The position numbers were made by a program, and so were the translations under genes. DNA of 64,000 nucleotides from Candidatus Dojkabacteria bacterium. Its GTDB lineage: Bacteria > Patescibacteriota > Dojkabacteria > SC72 > JAFGCJ01. The DNA is taken from NCBI GenBank assembly GCA_016932785.1, contig JAFGCJ010000002.1, forward strand, positions 273,777-337,776, read 5' to 3'. The notes beneath the pieces were generated by a model. The model made no database searches, was not told the origin of the DNA, and saw nothing but the letters and a program-made list of their open reading frames with translations. Below, piece after piece: positions 1 to 9,344 of the stretch; within the stretch, counting starts at the first letter, position 1, and each line of letters opens with the position of its first letter.

Positions 1-526
1 TGACAAGATTAACCTCACCACTTTCAACAATTTCTGCCATACTATCTATGTAACCACCCATACCTTTTATTTGCGGTGTAAATAGCGGGCTATCCGATCC
101 TAATGCTTTTTGCTGGTCATGGGTCATAATGGCATTATCATAATATGGGGTAACGGTGAAGCCTAAACCGTACAAATCAGGCCTTAAATCATCATAGCTT
201 GTAAGCCGGTGAGGTAGCATATCGGCCTTACACACTAAGAAATGTCTCTTACCTAAAGCATGTCCAAATTGTATAGAAGCCCCGAATATAGTCACAGTCT
301 GCTGATTAAGACTAAAACGGATAGCACCTTCAGGAAAAAATGATGGATCGAAAACAGGATCAACAACACATGGAAGAGGGAAAAACTCGTCCGATAATGT
401 TCCAACACGTTCTCCGAGAGCTCTTCTAGCAGAATTAATTGTACTAACGCCAAGGAAATAGAGCACATTCTCTCTAGTATCGGGTTTCAAAGTTTTTGGG
501 TCATCGTATCGTTCAGTTATAAACAA
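1..526 (-). CDS. hypothetical protein (partial, runs off window start)
   Basis: Manual translation of the minus strand is open from a TTG near 526 to position 1 (LFITERYDDPKTLKPD...); no motif recognised. Confidence 0.45.
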   Translation of the reverse strand, partial: MFITERYDDPKTLKPDTRENVLYFLGVSTINSARRALGERVGTLSDEFFPLPCVVDPVFDPSFFPEGAIRFSLNQQTVTIFGASIQFGHALGKRHFLVCKADMLPHRLTSYDDLRPDLYGLGFTVTPYYDNAIMTHDQQKALGSDSPLFTPQIKGMGGYIDSMAEIVESGEVNLV

Positions 527-818
527 TATGTCAAGTGTTTTGATCTTAGATTATTTAGCCTAATAAATTATACTCCAAGTTAGGCCTTATCGCACGAACA
601 ATTATTATTGAATTTACATAATCCATTCCCAATATTTACATCACTCAACCAACTTATATCAAAAATGATTTACATTCTATCTCATTAACTCACCAATCTT
701 TCTAAAACCCGACTTACTTAGCACCTAAAAACCTTTAAGTGGCCTAACCCAGAAGAAATATTGTTTTTCCATAATAAGTGCTATAAACTTAAATAATACT
801 TTATTAAACAGTCCGTCT

Positions 819-1580
819 ATGGAAATCCTTCTATATTCACTCCTCTTATCATTAGGAATTCAGATTCTATTTTTTATTTTTGCTTTCCTTTTAAAGACGG
901 ACAAACTTACTGACCTTACATACGGGTTGACCTTCATAATTCTAGTTTTTTTCGCGATTACCCTGTCTCCTATGATTACAGTCAACAAAATAATCTTATT
1001 AGCAATGATCTGTTTATGGGCCCTAAGATTAATTTCCTACCTGTTCTATAGAATCAACAAAATGAAAAAGGATACACGGTTTGATGAGATGAGAACTGAT
1101 TTCCTCAAATTCGCACGGTTCTGGATCTTTCAGGGAATTTCAGTATGGATAATAATGCTCCCGTCATTAATATATTTTTCCCAACTAAAGTCTCACAGTT
1201 TCTCTATAGTCTCGGTATTAGGAATTATCATTTGGTTTACTGGACTATTGATTGAAACAATCGCTGACATTCAAAAGTTTATGTTTAAAAGCAAACCTGA
1301 GAATAAAGGCCTATGGATCGAATCGGGTCTATGGAAATATTCCCGTCATCCAAATTATTTCGGTGAAATTCTTTGCTGGGTAGGAGTTTTTACATTCATT
1401 ACGCCGATATTACGAAACTGGGAATTTTTAACAGTAATAAGCCCGTTATATATCACAACATTATTACTTTTTGTATCAGGAATCCCAATATTGGAAAAAA
1501 GATATAACGAACGCTACAAGAACAACAGAGATTATCAGGAGTACAAAAACTCAACAAGCTTGTTGATACCACTGCCATAG
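819..1580 (+). CDS. DUF1295 / steroid 5-alpha-reductase-like membrane protein
   Basis: Multi-TM protein with D.RF and GLWKYSRHPNYFGE motifs. Confidence 0.9.
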   Translation: MEILLYSLLLSLGIQILFFIFAFLLKTDKLTDLTYGLTFIILVFFAITLSPMITVNKIILLAMICLWALRLISYLFYRINKMKKDTRFDEMRTDFLKFARFWIFQGISVWIIMLPSLIYFSQLKSHSFSIVSVLGIIIWFTGLLIETIADIQKFMFKSKPENKGLWIESGLWKYSRHPNYFGEILCWVGVFTFITPILRNWEFLTVISPLYITTLLLFVSGIPILEKRYNERYKNNRDYQEYKNSTSLLIPLP

Positions 1581-1759
1581 AAACTTCTCCGAAAATATCT
1601 TGGAAGTTGACATTATCGCTCCAAAATCCGTCCCAAAATTTACCCTACTGCTTTTATAACGAAATTACGCTATAATATGTAACTTAAGAAATGAACACAG
1701 TAATCTTAAAACCATTATCTCTAGTAATTTCCAGTATTAATTTTTAATTACCTTATATT

Positions 1760-1969
1760 ATGGCAACTGGTACAGTTAAAACAGTTACCGACAGAGGTTT
1801 CGGCTTCATAAAGCAAGACGATTCAGAAAACGAAATCTTCTATCATGAGTCCTCTCTAGAAGGCGATCTTGCCGAGAGGAAATTGAAAGTCGGTGACAAG
1901 GTCAGCTTTGAGGTTGAACAAGCCGAAAAAGGACCAAGGGCAGTAAATATTGCACTCGCAGAAGAATAA
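1760..1969 (+). CDS. csp: cold-shock domain protein
   Basis: GTVK..RGFGFI..IFYH..KGPRAVNI, 69 aa. Confidence 0.95.
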   Translation: MATGTVKTVTDRGFGFIKQDDSENEIFYHESSLEGDLAERKLKVGDKVSFEVEQAEKGPRAVNIALAEE

Positions 1970-1997
1970 TTCCTCGAGCGCATTCTTATTGTAAATG

Positions 1998-2029
1998 AAA
2001 GAGAAGGTACACATGTATCTTCTCTTTTT
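1998..2029 (+). terminator. intrinsic terminator after csp
   Basis: aaagagaaggtaca/tgtatcttctcttt hairpin followed by a T-run. Confidence 0.75.
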
Positions 2030-2437
2030 GGTCATCCAACGAAAAAACGTATTCTACAGATTTTTCATACCGAGCTTGATACAGCGCCAGCTAGAGAGAG
2101 TTCTTTCTTTGAAACAGACATTAAAGAAATAGAGATTTTCGCGACACATCTTGCTCACTTCGAATATAAAAAACAGACAGAAACCAGAGATACAATAATT
2201 GGAATAGTGACAATGGACGTCAATCCGGTTAATATTGCCTGATCTGATTTTCAAAAAGTATTGCGTTATAACCAACAGTTCCCACGTTTGTTTCATTACC
2301 TATCCCATCTTGTCTCAAAGACGTCCTATTCTTTCAAAACACCTCCTCGTAATGTATCATTGAAGATATGGTTTATACGTATCTACGAGACACCATGCAG
2401 CAGATGCCAAACCTCGAAAATAGATAAAAAAGTGATT

Positions 2438-3199
2438 ATGTTTTCACAAGTTTTACAAAAAACTACTCAAGAAATAGCTCAGGAAATTGTTGCTGCTTAT
2501 AATTCTTCAAGTGGAATTTTCTCAAATAAGATCAACGCAGAGGATTTAACACCAGTAACAACCATTGACAACAAAATTCAATATTTATTTTGGGTAATCC
2601 AGTTGGATTACGCAACAAAATCATCGTTACTTTATAAAAATGCCCATAACCTATGGGAAGATAATAATCAATGGGTTAGCGTAGATTACTTGCAATCTAT
2701 ACCAGACAAGGAGTTAATGAATATGATTCTCACAAAACTACACCCCAGATATCCAAAAGAGATATACATTCGATTCAAAACAAATGCTGATAAGCTGAAG
2801 TCCGATTATTCTTCTAAAGCAATTAACATCGTCAAAAATTCTGACTCTGCAAATGAGTTACTTAAAAGAATCAGGGACTTTAGAGGATTCGGCCCCAAGC
2901 TCGGTAACTTACTCACACGGACCTATATAGACATTCTGGATCTAAAATATAATGACCTAGACTCAATAATGCCTCCTGTAGATATACATGATGTGAGACA
3001 AACTTACGAATGGGGCTTAATTAATGACAAGAGCATGACAAACAAAAACATCAACACCGTAAAGAAAATCTGGAATAGAGCCTGTATTGAGTCAAAAGTA
3101 AGCTGGATAAAATTTGATAAAGCACTTTGGCTTCTCGGATCAGAAGGAAAAAGGACAGGTAATTTAGCGAAAGACTTTGACGATAATTTAGGTTTGTAA
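2438..3199 (+). CDS. HhH-GPD superfamily (endonuclease III-like) DNA glycosylase-like protein
   Basis: FRGFGPKLGNL HhH motif followed by PPVDIH; ATG 2438 preferred over the upstream TTG. Confidence 0.7.
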   Translation: MFSQVLQKTTQEIAQEIVAAYNSSSGIFSNKINAEDLTPVTTIDNKIQYLFWVIQLDYATKSSLLYKNAHNLWEDNNQWVSVDYLQSIPDKELMNMILTKLHPRYPKEIYIRFKTNADKLKSDYSSKAINIVKNSDSANELLKRIRDFRGFGPKLGNLLTRTYIDILDLKYNDLDSIMPPVDIHDVRQTYEWGLINDKSMTNKNINTVKKIWNRACIESKVSWIKFDKALWLLGSEGKRTGNLAKDFDDNLGL

Positions 3200-3262
3200 T
3201 GACTATTCTTGCCTCTAACGGCAATTTTTCACCACGATTTCAAGCACTTCTTAGTTGAAATT

Positions 3263-3898
3263 CTACATTTCTGAATCAGGAGACAGACTCGTCCATTTCA
3301 CCTTAGTTTTATCATTTTTATCAACCACGCAATTATACTTTTTGCCTACCTGGAAATAAGACAGACTATACTCTGGAAGAGGTATCTCCTTAGAGAAGGA
3401 ATACTTTTCAATCTCATCTCCTGATATCTCCAAGATGAACTTGTACAACTGATTTCCGTCCTTCTTGCGATCTGTCTTCTCAATCCCAAGAATTTCTGCA
3501 ACTCCAGATTTACCAGGTGTAAAATCTTCTGTGACATTGCCCACTACATTTTTGGGCTTCGGATCATCGGTATTATCAAAAAAAACTTTTGTTTTATCTT
3601 GCGGATCGTACTTAACGTAGAACATGTTCCCGGGCTGAAACAACGAAGTCTCCAATCTCGATATAATCGTTCTAATTGAGGCCTTAAATGGCTCTTCTCC
3701 TTCAGGATAAACCTCAAGCTCTACAACTACTAAGGGCTGATCATTTACAGTCATATATCCGGCACCACTCTCCGATAGTTTGATAACTTTTGCCACAGCA
3801 CTTTTACCTGTCTCCAAAACTCTTTTCTGTTCAGAATCTCCGAAAAATGCCTTAAAGGTAGTACCCAATGACGCAAAAAGATTGCTGAAGTAGCCCAT
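3263..3898 (-). CDS. hypothetical protein with two OB-fold-like repeats
   Basis: Repeated pattern G..A.A.(V/I)...P.....LE(V/I)...(F/Y)......(F)Q.G....V.(Y/V)D..DKTKV. Confidence 0.65.
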   Translation of the reverse strand: MGYFSNLFASLGTTFKAFFGDSEQKRVLETGKSAVAKVIKLSESGAGYMTVNDQPLVVVELEVYPEGEEPFKASIRTIISRLETSLFQPGNMFYVKYDPQDKTKVFFDNTDDPKPKNVVGNVTEDFTPGKSGVAEILGIEKTDRKKDGNQLYKFILEISGDEIEKYSFSKEIPLPEYSLSYFQVGKKYNCVVDKNDKTKVKWTSLSPDSEM

Positions 3899-4023
3899 GA
3901 TTAGAGTAACCAATTTATTAACAAGATAATAGCCTCTCTGATGACCAAACACAATCCTTAATTCCTACCCCATCTAGAACCTCCCATTGACAACATATTT
4001 TCTGTAGACTAACATGAAAAAGT

Positions 4024-4545
4024 ATGACAGCTACTATTTCACCTCCAACAGAATCGCCTGGCGAAGACACACTAGGACCAGCAGAAGAACATGATGAAAT
4101 GGCACAACCCGAAGCAACTCCTGTACAAGAAACTGAAAGGCTCGGTCCTATACGTAAACTCCTCGATGTCTTCCAAGAAGCAATGGTACGGCTCGAACTC
4201 ACCGAATCACGAGAACAAATTATTGAGGCTTACGCTGTAGGTCTTCAGCAAATTGACGAAGGGATCGCATCAAGAAAATACGACCCAAGATTGGGTTTGG
4301 TCGCGGCAGGAACACTATGTACAAACTGGCAATGGCGAGGAATGCCAAATGGTATAGACCGTATAGAAGCGCAAAGTTTCGTCCTCGTGCATAACAAATT
4401 CAATAGAAGAACTCCCATCACCATCATACCAAGAGAAGAACCGGTATATGAGGAGATACCGACAGGAAGAGGACACGACGAGGGAACTTGGTCTATTCAG
4501 GAACTCTCATTACACGCAAAAAAAGTAAGTCAACAAAATCCATAA
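4024..4545 (+). CDS. hypothetical protein
   Basis: 173-aa ORF preceded by a TTGACA-17-TAGACT promoter-like sequence. Confidence 0.55.
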   Translation: MTATISPPTESPGEDTLGPAEEHDEMAQPEATPVQETERLGPIRKLLDVFQEAMVRLELTESREQIIEAYAVGLQQIDEGIASRKYDPRLGLVAAGTLCTNWQWRGMPNGIDRIEAQSFVLVHNKFNRRTPITIIPREEPVYEEIPTGRGHDEGTWSIQELSLHAKKVSQQNP

Positions 4546-4716
4546 GAGAATTTTTTAATCTCAAACATCACTTTCATCGAAACTTATCGCACGGCTCACC
4601 AACTCAGGCTGTCATATTTTTAAGGATGTAGATCGGAATTTCACCTTTACAGCAAAAATCCACCAGATCGAGTAGTCCTGTCTGTACCCCTACGCTAAAT
4701 CAGACTTAACCGAGAT

Positions 4717-5937
4717 CTATGATTCCTTAGTTTTTGACCTCCGCCTAACTACAAAGATCACAATAATTACTACAACAACACCGAAAACAAAGCAGACTAG
4801 ACCGCCACAAACCAAGAACACCCACGTGTAACTCACCAAATCATCATCTTCATCAACCTCCTCCTCTTTCTCATCAAAGCCATACTCATCCTGCTCATAC
4901 TCTATAAATATTTCCTTCTCCTCTTCGGTAAGTTTTTCATAATCTGGAATATCCATCACTTCCGAGACATACCCAGTATCATCAATATAGAGGTAACCCC
5001 CTTCGCCCAGTTCGGTCACCTCTCCATTGATTGAATCAGTAATTTCCAATGTTCCTTCATAAGTAAAGTATTCCGATATACCTATCTGATCATCATATCG
5101 AACCTTAAACGTCGTACCCCTAACTCCAACAGTCGAGGTTGGAGTCTCAATCTCGAACTTGGCACGAACTCCCTTCGGAGTATGAACATTCGTTGTCACC
5201 TCACCCATTCTTAAGCTGATAGCAGTCTTTGCAAGATTTCCCTGAACAAAAAACTGAGCGATGGCAAAATTCGTCATTTCCTTAATGTCCATCTCGGCTA
5301 CCTTCTCGAAAACAACAGTACAACGTGACTCAAATCCGGTAGCAATATAATCACCCATATGAAGCTTATCTCCAACCTTTGCTTCCCTATAGGAATCATT
5401 CCCACGTATTTGAACTTCCACATCACCCTCGATCCTCTTAATTACAACCTCAAGATCTTCTGAAAATGTAATTTTATCACTCCCCATAGATGCTTCCGTG
5501 CAACAGTCGCTTAATACTTCTTCACAATCTCGTTGTACATAATACTGGCTGTTACAGTTATCAACGCAGTCACAATATGCTTTTATCTCATCATACCAAT
5601 CGTATGCGTAAGTCCCAGGCGTTACTCTATCCTCCCAACCAACACAGGTCCCCGGACTATCAAAGGAAGTATACCTCACAATCGAGTTACAGCCTGAATT
5701 TCCAACACATTCGTTATATGCATCTAGATTACTCTCCGGCAAAGTCGCTCGATTCTGCTGGCATTCATTGTACTCATCCTCACATTCTTGTGATTCAGAC
5801 TCACTTACATCAGGATCATTACAGATGTTCGTATACTGCGCATTTGCTGACTCAAAGTTTGAGAAGAAAAGTACCACAAATACTGCTACACCAAGAGAAA
5901 AAGTTAGTAAAGTAAAAGCGCTATATTTAAGCTTCAT
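4717..5937 (-). CDS. FecR-domain membrane protein with Cys-rich N-terminus
   Basis: Signal peptide, Cys-rich region, FEIETPTSTVGVRGTTF FecR motif, C-terminal TM plus basic tail. Confidence 0.8.
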   Translation of the reverse strand: MKLKYSAFTLLTFSLGVAVFVVLFFSNFESANAQYTNICNDPDVSESESQECEDEYNECQQNRATLPESNLDAYNECVGNSGCNSIVRYTSFDSPGTCVGWEDRVTPGTYAYDWYDEIKAYCDCVDNCNSQYYVQRDCEEVLSDCCTEASMGSDKITFSEDLEVVIKRIEGDVEVQIRGNDSYREAKVGDKLHMGDYIATGFESRCTVVFEKVAEMDIKEMTNFAIAQFFVQGNLAKTAISLRMGEVTTNVHTPKGVRAKFEIETPTSTVGVRGTTFKVRYDDQIGISEYFTYEGTLEITDSINGEVTELGEGGYLYIDDTGYVSEVMDIPDYEKLTEEEKEIFIEYEQDEYGFDEKEEEVDEDDDLVSYTWVFLVCGGLVCFVFGVVVVIIVIFVVRRRSKTKES

Positions 5938-5977
5938 TGCTGTTTTTATAAAAATTTGAATAGTCCGATGATCGGTT

Positions 5978-6163
5978 CTACAGATTCAGATAACTCATCA
6001 ACTCGTAGACCATAAATGCCGGCCATACAATAGCCTTAAGAATACCTAGCACTCCGACCCAAAATCCACTCGCAGTCGAAATGAAGTAGATAACGGCTCC
6101 AATAAAACCCAGGCCATATATTGCACCCGCAGGGGCAGCATAGGAAACATGCTTCTTCGCCAT
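5978..6163 (-). CDS. small conserved-type membrane protein
   Basis: YGLGFIGA..Y...GFW.GVLGILKAIVWPAF, two TM segments. Confidence 0.7.
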   Translation of the reverse strand: MAKKHVSYAAPAGAIYGLGFIGAVIYFISTASGFWVGVLGILKAIVWPAFMVYELMSYLNL

Positions 6164-6295
6164 TAAAATCGATAAATAATGTTAAATAAATCGCCTTCTT
6201 TGTAGAATCTAAAATATACCATTCTGCAAAATTATCGTCCAGTTAGGTGTTAGCTAGTGTTCGTGAGAGTTCATAACATCTGCTAAAATAGGATC

Positions 6296-6973
6296 ATGAA
6301 CAACATTGACGTAAAAAAACTAAAGCTTTTTGTTTGCTCAACAACAATTACATCTCGGCTTCTTCCAAAGTTTGAAGACTTTGTTGGACGGAAAGCCGAT
6401 GGAATGAAGGTGGCTTTTATACCCGATGGCGCATTAGCCGAAGAAGGCAGCGAAAAATGGATCAACGAGTTTCAAAACAGTCTCAAAAAAATCGGATTCA
6501 AGTTAACAGAATACCACCTGGGAAAAGTACAAGATAAAAATCATTCATCACTTCTTGCTTTCGATGCTATTTTAGTAGCAGGTGGATCAAGTTGAAAATT
6601 AATAGATCTTTACCGAAAAACCCGTTTCGATGTCTTCCTTAATCAAGCTTTCGAAAAAGGAATAACATATATCGGCTCCAGTGCGTCAGGTATGATACTA
6701 TCATCATCTTTGGATTCGTCAGACTGGTACATCGGAGAAGAGGAACGGGGAACAAAAGAAATTCAGGGACTTGGGTATCTTTCCTTCCAAGTTTATCCTC
6801 ACTTTGAAGAAAAATTTCTTCCGGAAATATTAAAAAAGAGAAACCATGGGCTCAATTACTTACTACTAAAAGATGGTGAGGCTTTTTCGTATGATGGGCA
6901 GGTAATGAAGTTTTATGGAGAGAAGAACCTATATCCCAGGGATGATATAGACAATTTACGACCTACAAGCTGA
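6296..6973 (+). pseudogene. peptidase E (S51, class I glutamine amidotransferase-like) interrupted by one in-frame TGA
   Basis: ORFs 6296-6595 and 6692-6973 share a frame; read-through gives VAGGSS*KLIDLYRK...YIGSSASGMIL...VYPHF. Confidence 0.75.
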
Positions 6974-7026
6974 AAGAGTAACCGAATGACACGGGTAAAA
7001 AAGGAGAAATTGGCAAGAAAATTCGG

Positions 7027-7260
7027 CTACTCTTCGTCTCTGGTTTCACCTCCTTGTATAAGGGTGGTTTGACGAGCTCGAAGCTCGTTTTCGCACTTTT
7101 CGCACAAATGCGAAATTCTCGTCAAGCCAAAACTTTTTATGTGATGGTCGCAAAACCACTTCTTGCAACCGTCACATTTAATGACTGCATTATTTCCGCA
7201 GCCTCTATGACATTTGACAAGAAATCCTATGTAGGGTCGGAAGGCCCTTCTTTTAGCCAT
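7027..7260 (-). CDS. small zinc-finger protein (AN1/B-box-like Cys/His pattern)
   Basis: CHRGC..CDGC..CDHH..CEKC; GGAGG SD before ATG 7260; overlaps the upstream gene's end. Confidence 0.6.
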   Translation of the reverse strand: MAKRRAFRPYIGFLVKCHRGCGNNAVIKCDGCKKWFCDHHIKSFGLTRISHLCEKCENELRARQTTLIQGGETRDEE

Positions 7261-7933
7261 CTTGACCTCCTTCCCCACCACTGCAAAACTTCTCTAGGGT
7301 AAGGGGTATTCCCTCACCCGAGATCTCTCCGTCGAGAGATCGCTGATGGATAGCCTCGAAGTGCTCGCAAGTAACCGTCTCCCCAGGAATCCAGCGAACC
7401 GGTTTACACATGATCAACCAGCTCCTCGCATATTCCGCTCCCAGAAGACATTGTTCGTCTTCCTTTAGATACAGACTAGCGAGTCCGTCCTTTACGACGG
7501 TTTCTTCGCTAGCCGGAAGGCCTTCAGGAGAGAACACGTACGCATACATATTCCCTGTGACTTCCTTTTTCCAAATAACTGCTCGTTTCTTAGGTCCAAC
7601 AGTGCCTATCCAGACCTTAATGAGTACGACTTCGTCGAAGTCGTACCCAAATACGGCCATGCCGCCGGAATGGTCGTAATACTCAAAACAACCGGTCCAA
7701 CGCACCTGTTGACCGGTCTGAGGATTTACAACTTTTCTCGGAAGATTCTTGGCCTCTTCCGGGAGATTTTCAAACCCACATTCTTCAAACTCACCAGTCT
7801 GCTGAATTTCCTCAACCTCGGCATTTGCCTCGCCGAGAGTCATGTATTGTTGCTTGTTCAATTGATCAGCAACAATAACCAAAACCACCAATAAAACGAC
7901 TATAAGAATAGCCAAAAGAAATTCGTTCCTCAT
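7253..7933 (-). CDS. orphan membrane-anchored protein
   Basis: N-terminal TM; AGGAGG SD; 226 aa. Confidence 0.7.
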   Translation of the reverse strand: MRNEFLLAILIVVLLVVLVIVADQLNKQQYMTLGEANAEVEEIQQTGEFEECGFENLPEEAKNLPRKVVNPQTGQQVRWTGCFEYYDHSGGMAVFGYDFDEVVLIKVWIGTVGPKKRAVIWKKEVTGNMYAYVFSPEGLPASEETVVKDGLASLYLKEDEQCLLGAEYARSWLIMCKPVRWIPGETVTCEHFEAIHQRSLDGEISGEGIPLTLEKFCSGGEGGQDG

Positions 7934-8153
7934 CGTCGGCCTCCTTTTTCGTTTTTATGTTGAACCAGAACAAAACCCACAAAAACATGCTGGCTTTATT
8001 CTGGTTCAACTTCCGTGTCATTCGGTTTTTAAAGATCGTCTGTTTTACCAGACCTATAGTATTGTACCATTTGTTGACCTATGTCATCAACACAACCACG
8101 GAAACCCAGATGCACAATAAGGATAAATAAACCGCGAAAATATTAGATTTGCT

Positions 8154-9170
8154 TCAATTCCGACTCCCATCAAAATCCATATATCTGCTCACCCACTCTT
8201 TAAAAGTCCATTCTTTATTCCACCACACCCTGTCTGTCCGCTGGACCCATTCCCAAATAATGGTTCTATCGTGCAACATAAAAACTTTCCACCTCTCTTC
8301 AAATTCCTCCTGTTTTCCTTGAGCCTCAAGATAAGCATTCACAAATGCATATGCCAAATCAACATTTTCCGTATCAAAATATACGCTAAACATTCGCGAC
8401 AAATCGGCCTCCCCGTTTCCAAAACTTGATTCCATAAGATCAAACAAACCCGTTACCTCCCAGGAATCATCAACCTTATCAACAACCATATTTCCAGGTT
8501 TGTAATCCTGCATAACAAAGGCAACCTCAAATGGCATTTTCATAGAGGGCCTCGCTTTATCCAGGATATCTTGAGCCCACTCAACTTCAGAATCGGGTGT
8601 CATCTTATTATATCCACGTGATTTTTCTAGGCGATCCATAATTTCTCCTTCGTACCATGTGACATAATCAGGTTTGAATGGAATAACGTTGCTCGTCTCA
8701 ATATCGTATTTACCGGGAAAATCCCATGTAAGTTTTTGAGCTTCGGCAAGCATCCGCCCCTGTGCTTTTGCTATCTCGAGTCTATCCTCCTTTGAAAAAT
8801 CGGCATCATCTATACTGTCAGACAAGTGATGACCGGACATTCTAGGCATGATGACATAAGACCAGCCAAATATAGACTCATCTTCATCAAGAAGATACGG
8901 CCAAGGGACCGGAACCTTCGTTTGTTCGTGAAGAAGATCGGCAAAAAATTTTTCAGTTTTGAATTGCCAAGGATAATGCGGAACACCACGAAGTACATAT
9001 TCCCCCTTGCTACTTGTCAAAAACATATTCTGTCCAAACAGCCCTGCTTCAGTCTCAGCAGTATCTCTCAATTTGCCAAGATCAAACTTATCAAGCGCTT
9101 TTTGAAGCTGGGAATCCGATATTTCTCCGAGTCTGTCTGAGTATTTTTTAGATTTATTGGTCTTATTCAT
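8154..9170 (-). CDS. aminoglycoside phosphotransferase (APH/choline kinase) family protein
   Basis: YVLR, VPVP, QDYKPGN catalytic loop, GLFDL. Confidence 0.85.
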   Translation of the reverse strand: MNKTNKSKKYSDRLGEISDSQLQKALDKFDLGKLRDTAETEAGLFGQNMFLTSSKGEYVLRGVPHYPWQFKTEKFFADLLHEQTKVPVPWPYLLDEDESIFGWSYVIMPRMSGHHLSDSIDDADFSKEDRLEIAKAQGRMLAEAQKLTWDFPGKYDIETSNVIPFKPDYVTWYEGEIMDRLEKSRGYNKMTPDSEVEWAQDILDKARPSMKMPFEVAFVMQDYKPGNMVVDKVDDSWEVTGLFDLMESSFGNGEADLSRMFSVYFDTENVDLAYAFVNAYLEAQGKQEEFEERWKVFMLHDRTIIWEWVQRTDRVWWNKEWTFKEWVSRYMDFDGSRN

Positions 9171-9344
9171 AGCTATATAACAACGTTAATGCCAGATTAT
9201 TTCATAAAGATAAGGAATTGTACACCAAAACAACGTTTTTGACCCCTCTTGCTGCCAAAACGCCAGCCATCCCATAGTGTACACTGAGCCCCAAGAATGC
9301 TATAATAGCAGACCTTTTCAATTATTTCATAGATACAAATCAAA

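Larger units (their letters stand above)
6980..8027. repeat. perfect 15-bp inverted repeat bracketing a two-gene unit (cassette A)
   Basis: aaccgaatgacacgg at 6980-6994 and ccgtgtcattcggtt at 8013-8027. Confidence 0.9.

Noticed and set aside
2054..2437. ORF 2054-2296(-) and the N-terminal extension of 2261-3199
   Set aside because: No motif and unnatural composition. It could be a decayed remnant, but I cannot support that.
6593..6595. Genetic code 25/4 (TGA as sense) or selenocysteine
   Set aside because: Many intact genes here end in TGA (for example 11702, 28692, 60291) and other long genes have no internal TGA. The position is not a catalytic Cys and I recognised no SECIS.
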